Below are positions 9,730-18,721 of a DNA stretch of 64,000 nucleotides, one piece after another; positions within the stretch are counted from its first letter, which is position 1, and each line of letters begins with the position of its first letter. The notes under the pieces were generated by a model. The model was not told where the DNA came from, ran no database searches, and worked only from the letters and a program-made list of their open reading frames with translations. The position numbers and the translations under genes were made by a program. The stretch lies in sequence record PQ471515.1; one strand, written 5' to 3'.

Positions 9730-9981
9730 ATGAACATCGATAAGGTCAAAGAACTTAGTGAAGCACTAATTAAGAACGAAGAAGCTTGTGAAGAACTTCG
9801 CAGTACTATCAAAGTTGAGTACGCACGTCTTCAAGCTATGCTTCAGGAATCCGAATGGGTTGTAACTAAATCTATCGAAGCAATCTATAAGGATATCGAA
9901 TCCCTTTTCAACAAGAAAAGTAAGATTGAATCTGATTCATATAACAAACGTAAAGAGTTATCTACTGCACTTGGTATCTAA
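9730..9981 (+). CDS. Small coiled-coil hypothetical protein
   Basis: AAGGA SD; heptad-like E/K/L pattern. Confidence 0.65.
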   Translation: MNIDKVKELSEALIKNEEACEELRSTIKVEYARLQAMLQESEWVVTKSIEAIYKDIESLFNKKSKIESDSYNKRKELSTALGI

Positions 9982-9987
9982 AAGTAT

Positions 9988-10016
9988 TTGACTTAACCAA
10001 TAACATGGAGTACAAT
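9988..10016 (+). promoter_or_regulatory. sigma70-type early promoter
   Basis: TTGACT-17-TACAAT. Confidence 0.65.
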
Positions 10017-10055
10017 GTGCTCCTAATTTAATTATCAGCTAAAAAGGAAAACATT

Positions 10056-10316
10056 ATGAAATCTATTCTCGTTGCAGTTAACCTGGTTGCTTCCCCATCT
10101 TTTAACTTCAAACAAGTTGTTGCTGATAATCTGAAGAAGATCTGTCCAAACGCTGAATTGACTTTCTGTGTGTTTGATTCAGAAAAAGTAACTAAAGTTG
10201 ATCTAAACTATCTTTTGAACGAAGTACAAAGTATTTCTGGTGAAAGTAGTTTGGAAGTACTGAATACGGTTGCTGATGACTATGATGATACACTGGTAAT
10301 TTCGGAGAAATTCTAA
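10056..10316 (+). CDS. Hypothetical protein
   Basis: AAGGA SD after promoter. Confidence 0.65.
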   Translation: MKSILVAVNLVASPSFNFKQVVADNLKKICPNAELTFCVFDSEKVTKVDLNYLLNEVQSISGESSLEVLNTVADDYDDTLVISEKF

Positions 10317-10321
10317 ATCCA

Positions 10322-10741
10322 ATGCTTAGATTTATACATTACTTAATCAGTAAGTTCTTTGGTTATTATACTATTGAAGGTAAAGCTACGCTTGCACATA
10401 AAATCTTTGTAGCATTATGTGTGGGTGATTATGACGTATTGAATAAGCACTGTAAATCTAAAGCATGTATTGACATAATGGCACTTCGTATCTATGAGTG
10501 TCAGTTCAATAGATATAATTTTTACCAGTACAGATATGATAAAGATGATTTTGATAGCATTAAAATGCTAAAGAATTTATGTAATAATAAAAAGAATATG
10601 CATATATCTGAATTTGTTGCATTGTATTTTTATTTAAAAAGTTCATTATACATGAATACACTACAACGCTTCGATACTAGAATTAATGTATTCAACGATA
10701 AAGAATTTTATATCTATGATAAATTTTTAGATAAGGTTTAA
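10322..10741 (+). CDS. Hypothetical protein
   Basis: 139 aa ORF in operon. Confidence 0.55.
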   Translation: MLRFIHYLISKFFGYYTIEGKATLAHKIFVALCVGDYDVLNKHCKSKACIDIMALRIYECQFNRYNFYQYRYDKDDFDSIKMLKNLCNNKKNMHISEFVALYFYLKSSLYMNTLQRFDTRINVFNDKEFYIYDKFLDKV

Positions 10742-10742
10742 T

Positions 10743-11240
10743 ATGACAACTGTTTATATTGATAAACGCTTGGGAGTATTACTTACTGATTCAAAAGTGA
10801 CATCAACTGAGCAACGTTCATTTTTGAACCTATTCCCGTTGAAGCCAAAACTTAGTTATGGTGTAGTTTCACAAAAAACATTGTATGTACACGACCGACT
10901 GTTTAGTGCTTGCGGTGAGGTTAGTGAAATTAACAAAGTACTGAGATACTTGATTTCACAAGAGACTGTGATACCAGACCGCAAGGCGAGTTGTCACTGT
11001 GTTCTTGTGTCAAAAGATTACATCATTCACTTAATCGTTAATAAGGGTAAGTTTACCAAGAAGATTGATTATCTCCATAATGATTATACATTCTTTATGG
11101 GTAGTGGTGGTGAATACATGCTTGATGCAGCAGTACATGAAGAGTATAATACTCTTCTTGATAAGGTATTTGATACCTTCATGGATGTTCATAACCATGA
11201 TATCTATACCGATGATAATATTAATGTATACCGTTTTTGA
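10743..11240 (+). CDS. HslV/proteasome-beta-like Ntn-hydrolase (peptidase)
   Basis: N-terminal M-TT nucleophile, LLTDSKVT, conserved K, CG and GSGG motifs. Confidence 0.65.
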   Translation: MTTVYIDKRLGVLLTDSKVTSTEQRSFLNLFPLKPKLSYGVVSQKTLYVHDRLFSACGEVSEINKVLRYLISQETVIPDRKASCHCVLVSKDYIIHLIVNKGKFTKKIDYLHNDYTFFMGSGGEYMLDAAVHEEYNTLLDKVFDTFMDVHNHDIYTDDNINVYRF

Positions 11241-11262
11241 TTTCATTCATTAGGAGAAGTAA

Positions 11263-12228
11263 GTGAAAAAGCTTGATTTAAATGCAATTTCTGAAGAAGT
11301 ACTGGATGAGTGTTTTGCTAGTGAAGAAGTCAACGTATTAGAGGCTCTTGATTCCGTAGAAGAAGAAGAACATGACGGTCACAAGTTTGAGAAACCAAAA
11401 ACAGGTATCAGCTTAACTCGCCCTAAAGGGATAACGAATGAAATGCTCATCCAAGCAGTGCGTGATGGCATAGACGTTAAAAAGAACATTGACCTTTTGG
11501 TTCGCTACAACTATCCAATGGTAGTAAGTGTTGCACGTAAGTGTACATGTTTTATCCCATTTGAAGATAAGATTTCTTATGGTGTTGAAGGTTTAATGCG
11601 AGCAATTCATACGTTCGACACTACCAAAAATGTTAAGTTCATTACATATGCAACAACAACTGTGTACATGACAATCTATAACGAAAGTGCAGATGCTAAT
11701 TATCTAGTGCATTTCCCACGTTATATGAGTGTTAATAACATTTATGTGAAACGTTGTGTTGAAGAGTATCAAAGGAAACATGGTAAATACCCAACTCCTG
11801 AGATGGTGTCAAAAGAGACTGGTATTGAGATTCAACACGTTAAGAATTGTCTAACTTACAATAACACTTATGTAGCATTGAATATGAAAATGAGTAATGA
11901 TTCAGAAAGTACATTATCTGACATTGTTACTTCAGTTGAACCTGATTACAACTTAGGTGTAGAAACTGTCAGTACCCCACTGGTACAAAGTATTGCAGAA
12001 ATGATGAGTAACCTATCTACCAAAGACCGTGAATTGATTGAACGTGTACATGGTATTGGTTCTTATTCTGAACCAGAAACGCTACGAGAAATCATTGAGA
12101 GTGGTTTTGAAGATGAGAAGGGTAAGGTCATGACTGCTCGTTCTTCATTGCACCGTAAGTACTCTGAAGCAATGGAACGACTGCGTAAGATGGTTAAGAC
12201 AAAAGGTTATGAGTTCGAAGATTTTTAA
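11263..12228 (+). CDS. Phage-encoded sigma70-family RNA polymerase sigma factor
   Basis: Region 2 (YNYPMVVSVARK...GVEGLMRAIHTFD...KFITYAT) aligns without gaps to RpoD region 2; region 3 PTPEMVSKETG; region 4-like LSTKDRELIERVHG; GTG start with GGAG SD. Confidence 0.85.
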   Translation: MKKLDLNAISEEVLDECFASEEVNVLEALDSVEEEEHDGHKFEKPKTGISLTRPKGITNEMLIQAVRDGIDVKKNIDLLVRYNYPMVVSVARKCTCFIPFEDKISYGVEGLMRAIHTFDTTKNVKFITYATTTVYMTIYNESADANYLVHFPRYMSVNNIYVKRCVEEYQRKHGKYPTPEMVSKETGIEIQHVKNCLTYNNTYVALNMKMSNDSESTLSDIVTSVEPDYNLGVETVSTPLVQSIAEMMSNLSTKDRELIERVHGIGSYSEPETLREIIESGFEDEKGKVMTARSSLHRKYSEAMERLRKMVKTKGYEFEDF

Positions 12229-12232
12229 GATT

Positions 12233-12262
12233 AAAGGGTTGACTTCGGTCAGCCCTTTTTTT
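12233..12262 (+). terminator. cUUCGg-loop terminator (repeat cassette, no -10)
   Basis: GGGTTGAC-TTCG-GTCAGCCC-T7 directly after sigma gene. Confidence 0.85.
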
Positions 12263-12800
12263 TATGGGACAAATTTATTAATGGTGATACAATGATCTAT
12301 GTACAATCACAATGACAGTACTGGTACTGACAATCTTCCCCTACTTCACTTGAAAATGTAAAGGATAGATGAGCTTTTCATTGTAGCGAACAGCAAAAGA
12401 AACCCGTTAGATGTGGGCATAGTTTGAACCCCTCACGGCAATGCGGCTGTATAAAGAACCACGTTAGGATAGCTGGTGGTTCCTCGATAGACATATAAGG
12501 ATAACACCTTACGAATTATCTAAGGGAGAGTTATCGAATTTTGTACAGGAAAGTTGCGTCCAAAATTTGAGTACTCACATTAAGTATTTGATTGCATAGA
12601 TACTTAATGAAGATACACTATGTTTAAAAGTGTAGACCGTCATATGAAACTGAAGTAGAGAGAAACAGGATGACCCGCTTTCGCACTCGTTATGAGTAAT
12701 CTTCAATGCAATAGCTCTGATACCATCAGCGTCAAATTTCCCTCCGTGCGGGGGGGGGAAGAAAAATCCCTTCCTCAAATCCCGTCAATATTAAAAGTCC
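12263..12800. other. Long structured non-coding interval, candidate ncRNA or regulatory region
   Basis: About 540 bp with no credible ORF; several stems and a G9 tract. Confidence 0.4.
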
Positions 12801-12829
12801 TTGACAGTTATGATTCATTCGCGTAGAAT
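12801..12829 (+). promoter_or_regulatory. sigma70-type early promoter
   Basis: TTGACA-17-TAGAAT. Confidence 0.7.
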
Positions 12830-12893
12830 ACGTAGTATTAGAAGCGAACAGACATCTCGAAGAGATGGATGATTAACCACTAAGGAATATCTA

Positions 12894-13103
12894 ATGAATT
12901 CAGTAATCTTTTTAATTATTGCTCTTTCACCACAATCTGGTGTACAAATCACCCCAATGAATTCAATGAATCAATGCATTGCAGTACGTGACAGTACGTA
13001 TGAACAAGTAAACAGCGTTTCACTTAGAACAGTTGGTGAAGAATTAATGTGGTGTTACAATAGTAATACTAAAGAAAAACTAATTGTTGGACAAACAGAA
13101 TGA
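12894..13103 (+). CDS. Small putative exported protein
   Basis: Hydrophobic N-terminus, two Cys. Confidence 0.55.
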   Translation: MNSVIFLIIALSPQSGVQITPMNSMNQCIAVRDSTYEQVNSVSLRTVGEELMWCYNSNTKEKLIVGQTE

Positions 13104-13327
13104 GTTATGGTGTTCGTTTTGAGATTCGTTCTATTGTTATCAATGACGAGAAACAAGCATCGTTGGATGACGATATACGAGAACTATATCTATCATGTAT
13201 CCGTGCAAAATCTGAAGCAGATGCATTATCACAAATGATTGGTTTTAATTTCTTTCATGGATACTATTTGGTACGAGTTATCGAAGTTAAAAAAGTCACT
13301 TTTGAGTGTCTTGCTGGAGAAATATAA
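13100..13327 (+). CDS. Hypothetical protein
   Basis: ATGA coupling; IRAKSEADA motif like 17374-18022 ORFs. Confidence 0.55.
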   Translation: MSYGVRFEIRSIVINDEKQASLDDDIRELYLSCIRAKSEADALSQMIGFNFFHGYYLVRVIEVKKVTFECLAGEI

Positions 13328-13328
13328 A

Positions 13329-14123
13329 ATGAGCACTATAGATGAATTGATTCGCCGGAATTCAAAATACTACGAACCATCAGAAATTGTCGGCAACATT
13401 ACTAAATCTGAGTTCGGACCAAATACTCGAAAACTCATTCATGTAATGTCACGTGATGGCTTTAAATGTGATTGTTGTGGTGAATCCAATGTGGTATTCA
13501 CTTTACATAAGCACAGTACTAAAGACCGTTATAAATTCAGACCTTATGTACTTAAAGGGAAACGCCTTGTACGCATGACGTTAGACCATAATGTACTAGA
13601 CTGTCTTCAGGGCGGTAATGATAAAGAGAACATGACTGCATTGTGTGAGGATTGTAACGCATTACGCCAGCATAAGTTTGCTGAGTACAGTGAGTTTAAG
13701 TACTGGTATCATAACGCAGATCGTTCCATCGAGCCTGACGTTAACTACTGCTTCATTGAGTACATTAAGAATGCAAAAGATACATACATTCTAAAATCAA
13801 TGTCACCTATTACAGTGTTCCCTGAGAATCTATTCAGTACTATGCAGCGTGATTTTAAACGTGGTATCATTAATGCATTCAAACACTTAGACAAAGGTAT
13901 CAAGCACTTTGAGGTGCAATGCTTAAATGAAGGAATGAATCGTTTAGTACAAATTTACATGAAATCATTTATAGGTGTTGACACCGCACGTCTACCAGTA
14001 TATAATTACTTTATTGAAAGCGAAGAAGGTGAATCACTTCGTGATTATGGTGAAAGATTTAATAATAAAGTTTTCACTGCAATCGCAAACGAGATTCATT
14101 ACTATAAACCATATGTAATTTAA
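13329..14123 (+). CDS. HNH endonuclease-domain protein
   Basis: RDGFKCDCCG...TLDH...GGNDKENMTALCEDCN; start moved to ATG 13329. Confidence 0.75.
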   Translation: MSTIDELIRRNSKYYEPSEIVGNITKSEFGPNTRKLIHVMSRDGFKCDCCGESNVVFTLHKHSTKDRYKFRPYVLKGKRLVRMTLDHNVLDCLQGGNDKENMTALCEDCNALRQHKFAEYSEFKYWYHNADRSIEPDVNYCFIEYIKNAKDTYILKSMSPITVFPENLFSTMQRDFKRGIINAFKHLDKGIKHFEVQCLNEGMNRLVQIYMKSFIGVDTARLPVYNYFIESEEGESLRDYGERFNNKVFTAIANEIHYYKPYVI

Positions 14124-14137
14124 TTAGAGGATATATC

Positions 14138-14320
14138 ATGCAAATCATCATTCTTATCGTAGGTATCATTCTTGGTGTATATGGTCACTCCTGGATGAAC
14201 GAGAAGTTCCCTAATACCCGTCCTGAGTATTGCAGTACTAATGTATTCCAGAATAGTGATAAACCAAAGGATAGTATTGGTAAGAAACTGGACAAAGTAC
14301 TTGACGTAATCAACGAATAA
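14138..14320 (+). CDS. Small membrane-anchored protein
   Basis: GAGGA SD; N-terminal TM helix. Confidence 0.55.
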   Translation: MQIIILIVGIILGVYGHSWMNEKFPNTRPEYCSTNVFQNSDKPKDSIGKKLDKVLDVINE

Positions 14321-14329
14321 GGGTAAAGT

Positions 14330-14530
14330 ATGTTTAAATCAAATACAAATGTTGGTAAGAAGGTTCAATTACTTGAGGATGTATCCACTATGAGTGGAAC
14401 CTTCACTAAAGGTCACATCATGACTATTATTGCCGAAACATCCCGTGGGTGGGATTTGGAAGATGCTGATGGTAATCGCATCCTTGAGGCTGGATTCTAT
14501 GGTCATCGTGAATATAAAATCATTGATTAA
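14330..14530 (+). CDS. Small hypothetical protein
   Basis: 66 aa beta-rich ORF in operon. Confidence 0.6.
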   Translation: MFKSNTNVGKKVQLLEDVSTMSGTFTKGHIMTIIAETSRGWDLEDADGNRILEAGFYGHREYKIID

Positions 14531-14539
14531 GGATGCAAC

Positions 14540-14623
14540 ATGACTTTAGAGATTGTCTTTGGTATTGTTAGCTTAGTCGTCTGTGTGGGTTGGTTTGGGT
14601 ATCTGATGATTTTTGGTGATTAA
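14540..14623 (+). CDS. 27 aa single-TM peptide (not in ORF track)
   Basis: AAGGA SD; MTLEIVFGIVSLVVCVGWFGYLMIFGD. Confidence 0.45.
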   Translation: MTLEIVFGIVSLVVCVGWFGYLMIFGD

Positions 14624-14626
14624 TAC

Positions 14627-14654
14627 TTGACATAAGATATCAGTACTGTATAAT
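14627..14654 (+). promoter_or_regulatory. sigma70-type promoter, AGTACT subclass
   Basis: TTGACA-16-TATAAT with CAGTACTG abutting the -10. Confidence 0.7.
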
Positions 14655-14699
14655 GTTTATATCAAACGACACCCACTTTAACAAATAATAGGAAATATT

Positions 14700-14978
14700 A
14701 TGTCTTTTACCAAAGAAGAACGTGACCTTATTAAAAAAGCAATCTGGTTTTATGCTAATGAAGGGGAGTGCGATGAAGAAAAAGCACGTGAACTGTGTAA
14801 TATCCTTGAGCAGAAACAAGAACTGAAAGTTTATCGTATCCGTGTTTTGGATGACGGGGATCGTATTGTCCTAGCTGAAACAAAAGAAGAAGCAGAACAA
14901 ATCTTCACTGATAAAAACGAAAATCCACATTGGATGGAAGAAGTCTGTGAAGTAAAAAAAGGTACTTATATCGATTGA
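14700..14978 (+). CDS. Hypothetical protein
   Basis: AGGA SD; stop codon inside next -35. Confidence 0.65.
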   Translation: MSFTKEERDLIKKAIWFYANEGECDEEKARELCNILEQKQELKVYRIRVLDDGDRIVLAETKEEAEQIFTDKNENPHWMEEVCEVKKGTYID

Positions 14979-15003
14979 CTGTACTGAATAATAGCAGTAT
15001 AAT
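14975..15003 (+). promoter_or_regulatory. sigma70-type early promoter
   Basis: TTGACT-17-TATAAT. Confidence 0.7.
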
Positions 15004-15096
15004 GTTTATATCAAAGGGAATGCAGTGAAAGGAAAGACAGCATAATCGTACTCGTCACTGCGTTTCCACCCTTTTAAATTAAATGAGGAATTAACT

Positions 15097-15405
15097 ATGT
15101 TTCAAACTAACACTCAAGGTTTTGTAATCATCGATTTGAATCAAAACAGCGGTTATTGGATGAAACCTACTGACGCATGTATGCAGTTTGATTTTTTAGG
15201 TTACAGGATTAGTGTAAGTACTGGTGCTTCTGTACTGCGTGGTGGTTGTATCGTTGAACATCTGGTAACTGATCCAGAAGGTCGTGAGTATGAAATCGCA
15301 GGTTCAGTACAAGATGCCATTATGTTTGTATGTCAGCGTGAAATGAATAGTTCGAATTCAAATGCACTGACTCATGCTCTTTCTCAAGAAGTGGAGGTTC
15401 GTTAA
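15097..15405 (+). CDS. Hypothetical protein
   Basis: GAGGA SD; structured leader. Confidence 0.65.
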   Translation: MFQTNTQGFVIIDLNQNSGYWMKPTDACMQFDFLGYRISVSTGASVLRGGCIVEHLVTDPEGREYEIAGSVQDAIMFVCQREMNSSNSNALTHALSQEVEVR

Positions 15406-15656
15406 TGAAATATATCGTAGCAGTACTCGTTGCATTTTTACTCACTGCATGTGACGCTTCAACCAAAGAACGCACAAGTGATTTTATTCTCCCTATTGAA
15501 TTACAAGAAGCAGGATGTAAGATTTATCGTATGCAAAAGGATGGTGCTGGCGTAACCTTGTATACAGTTTATTGCCCTAATGCAAATACCAGTACTGGAT
15601 ACAGCAGCGGTAAAACACGAATCAATACTTCAGTGATTAATGGAGTACAACAATGA
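15405..15656 (+). CDS. Putative lipoprotein
   Basis: Lipobox LLTA-C. Confidence 0.7.
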   Translation: MKYIVAVLVAFLLTACDASTKERTSDFILPIELQEAGCKIYRMQKDGAGVTLYTVYCPNANTSTGYSSGKTRINTSVINGVQQ

Positions 15657-16021
15657 GCCTTGATACAACCCGTGCAACAGATTTATTAACTCGTATGAAT
15701 AATGAAGAATTTCTTGCTGAAATAAAGTACAAGCTTGAAAAACTGGCACGAAGTGCTGAAGTAATTGAAGTTGAAGGTCACTTACCAATGGACCAATTCC
15801 ATACGTTCAACGAAGATATGGTTTATTATCCAAATGAAATTTGGATTGAGTGGGAGTCATGGACTAACAAAACTCTACGCATTGAAGGTTATTGTGTGAA
15901 TTATGAATCTGAACCTGGTGATGTTACAAAAACTCTCTCCATTTGGTGTACAAAAACACATGAACTCGTTGAGGTGAATTTGAATTATATGAAAGGTTTC
16001 CGTTGGGGTGATGTTCAATGA
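15653..16021 (+). CDS. Hypothetical protein
   Basis: ATGA coupling. Confidence 0.6.
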   Translation: MSLDTTRATDLLTRMNNEEFLAEIKYKLEKLARSAEVIEVEGHLPMDQFHTFNEDMVYYPNEIWIEWESWTNKTLRIEGYCVNYESEPGDVTKTLSIWCTKTHELVEVNLNYMKGFRWGDVQ

Positions 16022-16293
16022 TTAAAAAACTATTGACAGTTGTCTTTGTATTCTGTACAATGTTTCTTACAGCATGTAATGAAGACGGCAGGTTTAGTGC
16101 AAAAGACTTAGTTCGTCAGGATTGTACATTCACAGGTAAGTCTTTTATTAACGAGTATGAAATATGTACACAATCAGGTCGTATCTGTGGTGGTTGGGAA
16201 AAACGTCAGGAGCGATTGTATGTATATGAATGCCCTGGTCATCTCAACAAAGTACTAAGCACACACAAACTTGTTTATGATAAGGTTGAATAA
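16018..16293 (+). CDS. Putative lipoprotein
   Basis: Lipobox FLTA-C; Cys-rich mature part. Confidence 0.7.
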   Translation: MIKKLLTVVFVFCTMFLTACNEDGRFSAKDLVRQDCTFTGKSFINEYEICTQSGRICGGWEKRQERLYVYECPGHLNKVLSTHKLVYDKVE

Positions 16294-16508
16294 TGACTAC
16301 CAATGAAATGATGCAGGTTATTTGGGATAAAGGTTGCGATCTTAAAATCACCAGTACTGATGTTCGTGTATTCAAAACTGAATATATGGAGTACTTGGAC
16401 CTTGATACTTATAATAATATTGTATCAATTGAACACAAAGGTGCAGTACTGGAAACAATTGACGTAGTACTGAAGAAAGCTACCGACCTATTAGGAGCGG
16501 CAGTGTGA
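16293..16508 (+). CDS. Hypothetical protein
   Basis: TAATG coupling. Confidence 0.6.
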   Translation: MTTNEMMQVIWDKGCDLKITSTDVRVFKTEYMEYLDLDTYNNIVSIEHKGAVLETIDVVLKKATDLLGAAV

Positions 16509-16651
16509 ATAACAAAGAGTGGGAAGAGTACCGTAAGAAGTGCAGGGAGTTTGATAAAGAACTAACTGGTACAGTGAATGCAGTAATGTGGGTATCTGTA
16601 ATTATTGCAGTTCTTGCGTTGGGTGCTATTATTATTAATAAATTATTCTAA
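16505..16651 (+). CDS. 48 aa single-TM protein (not in ORF track)
   Basis: GTGA coupling; MNNKEWEEYRKKCREFDK followed by a TM helix. Confidence 0.5.
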   Translation: MNNKEWEEYRKKCREFDKELTGTVNAVMWVSVIIAVLALGAIIINKLF

Positions 16652-16661
16652 GGCGAATATC

Positions 16662-16862
16662 ATGTTTACTTTATATCTCGCAGTAGTTCTCACCAATGGT
16701 GAAATCACTCGTACTATTGGTGAAGGTGTATATAAAACACCAGACCAGTGCTACTCTGCTACTCATTGGCCTCGCGATAGTGGGGATGAAACTCGCACTG
16801 AATTCAAATGCATGAAAGTAAAAGGTGATTTTGTTAACCTTAAGGTTATCGAGGCGAAATAA
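16662..16862 (+). CDS. Small putative exported protein
   Basis: Hydrophobic N-terminus and two Cys, like 12894-13103; start moved to ATG 16662. Confidence 0.55.
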   Translation: MFTLYLAVVLTNGEITRTIGEGVYKTPDQCYSATHWPRDSGDETRTEFKCMKVKGDFVNLKVIEAK

Positions 16863-17377
16863 TGGATATTAATGAGTTGTTGATCTTATTGTTTAATCGT
16901 GGAAATGATGTAAGACGTTCTGAATATCAAGACAAAATTCACATTGAAACTGATAAATGTTATGGTAAAACAACTCATGAGATTTTGAAGCCAAATGGCA
17001 AACGATATGCCGATGTATGTTTTCATGAACGAAGTGATGGTAGTGAAATAATCAGTACTGAAATTGTGTTTTATGATAGATCCTCGGCAGGTTCGTATGA
17101 AATAGAACTTATATATTGTCCTGGTTCAGAAACACACAATAAACGTCAGATATTATATGATGTTTATTCACCTCCAGGTGTAGCTGAATATTTTGTTATT
17201 GATTACAGTACTGAAGAAAGTGTGTTTCAACAGAGCTTGATTCATAACTTCCAGTTGAATGATCCAAATGTACCAAAGTTGTTCAAACTACTCGATACTA
17301 TCGATGTTGATTTTGAATTTGTTATGTGCATTAGAACTTCCTTGATCGATGAATTTATGGAACTACTTAATATATGA
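16862..17377 (+). CDS. Hypothetical protein, EE-FQ family
   Basis: TEESVFQQSLIHN motif. Confidence 0.65.
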   Translation: MDINELLILLFNRGNDVRRSEYQDKIHIETDKCYGKTTHEILKPNGKRYADVCFHERSDGSEIISTEIVFYDRSSAGSYEIELIYCPGSETHNKRQILYDVYSPPGVAEYFVIDYSTEESVFQQSLIHNFQLNDPNVPKLFKLLDTIDVDFEFVMCIRTSLIDEFMELLNI

Positions 17378-17595
17378 ATCGTTACTACATTGTGTATGAG
17401 CATGTATCTGAGTTTAATAATGTACGTGGTTATAAGAAAGAAGTACAGAAGATTGATGTATTTGTTCGTGCATTAAGTCCAACACATGCACTATTTAAAT
17501 TGTTTGATGAAGTAACTAAGTACAACACATCAAAAACACAACGCTATATTGAAACAGTACATAGTGTAATACTCACTGAATATGATGGAGAATGA
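17374..17595 (+). CDS. Small hypothetical protein (tandem paralog 1 of 3)
   Basis: VRALSPTHA motif. Confidence 0.55.
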   Translation: MNRYYIVYEHVSEFNNVRGYKKEVQKIDVFVRALSPTHALFKLFDEVTKYNTSKTQRYIETVHSVILTEYDGE

Positions 17596-17598
17596 CAA

Positions 17599-17817
17599 AT
17601 GAATTTATATCTAGTTGAAGGGTCAGTACAAGTATCCAAGCAAGACGGAGAAGGGTATCGTTTTTCACATGTAGAATATTTTAAGTACGTAGTAAAGGCC
17701 GATGGTCAGTACGACGCAGAAATTCAGGTTGAAGAATCATTCCGTAAGAAGAATAATATTGGTAAATTTGAATACCAAGACTTACAATTCACTGTATGGC
17801 CTAGCATTAATGACTAA
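17599..17817 (+). CDS. Small hypothetical protein (tandem paralog 2 of 3)
   Basis: VKADGQYDA motif. Confidence 0.55.
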   Translation: MNLYLVEGSVQVSKQDGEGYRFSHVEYFKYVVKADGQYDAEIQVEESFRKKNNIGKFEYQDLQFTVWPSIND

Positions 17818-18022
17818 GATGTGGTGGTGTCATGGTGTCTACAATGTCTATGAATATGGTAGATTCAAAATGAGCAGCACCTATGCCAGACGTGTTAATG
17901 CGAAAAACCAAGTTGATGCTGCTTGTGAGATTGTAGAGTGGTATGCAGAGTTCAATGCCATTGATTTTATGTACGAAATAGTTACAATAAATGTTGTACA
18001 AATTGACACGTCTCTGATATAA
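17810..18022 (+). CDS. Small hypothetical protein (tandem paralog 3 of 3)
   Basis: VNAKNQVDA motif; start moved to ATG 17810. Confidence 0.5.
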   Translation: MTKMWWCHGVYNVYEYGRFKMSSTYARRVNAKNQVDAACEIVEWYAEFNAIDFMYEIVTINVVQIDTSLI

Positions 18023-18058
18023 TAACTACATCAAAAAACAACTGCAACTGAGGATACT

Positions 18059-18721
18059 ATGTTAGTTAATCTTAATTTCATCACTTCTCCTGATTGGGCA
18101 TTGCGTGGTGTTTCTTTGAACTTTAAAGAAACTAATTTCGACTACATTGGTGATTGTACTTTAGTTAATGCTACATTTGATCCTCATCATCCTTTTTGGG
18201 CTGAGATTCATGATCCTAATGTAAACAATAGTACATCTGTTATGACTATTGTACAGACGAAACATACAGGTATTCTCGCAGGTTACAGACCTGAACATGC
18301 CATCAAGCACTTCACTGATTATGATGTAGTGGATGAATATCCAATGATCCATGAAGATGGAAGTTTATACACGTCAGAAGACTTCCGTGCTATCTTTAAT
18401 AGTACTGATGACATTCTGCCAAGTGGTCGTCCACGTCCTGAGTCTTATCTTATGCACCCATCTTATGGTGTAGCAGATACACTTGAACAGATTTTGACGA
18501 AGTACAAGAATCTTATTGAAGGTCCAGAAGAAATTGTCATGTGCTATCATCCAGTACTGAAGTCTGACCAACCAGAGAGTGGTGGGTGGCGTTGGCATAA
18601 GAATGGTGAGTACATCGGTACTAAGCGTAGTAAAGAACGCTTTGAGTACTTGTATGATGAGCCAGATGTTGAGGTTGTTTTATGTTATAATTTTCTTAAG
18701 GTGAAAAAGAAATGTATCTAG
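18059..18721 (+). CDS. Phage hypothetical protein
   Basis: GAGGA SD; SGGWRWHKNGEYIG motif. Confidence 0.65.
   Translation: MLVNLNFITSPDWALRGVSLNFKETNFDYIGDCTLVNATFDPHHPFWAEIHDPNVNNSTSVMTIVQTKHTGILAGYRPEHAIKHFTDYDVVDEYPMIHEDGSLYTSEDFRAIFNSTDDILPSGRPRPESYLMHPSYGVADTLEQILTKYKNLIEGPEEIVMCYHPVLKSDQPESGGWRWHKNGEYIGTKRSKERFEYLYDEPDVEVVLCYNFLKVKKKCI

Noticed and set aside
12263-12800. tRNA, tmRNA or group I intron in the long non-coding interval
   Set aside because: No cloverleaf with a TTCRA T-loop, no tmRNA-like termini, no recognisable P7 elements or interrupted gene; kept only as an unassigned structured region.
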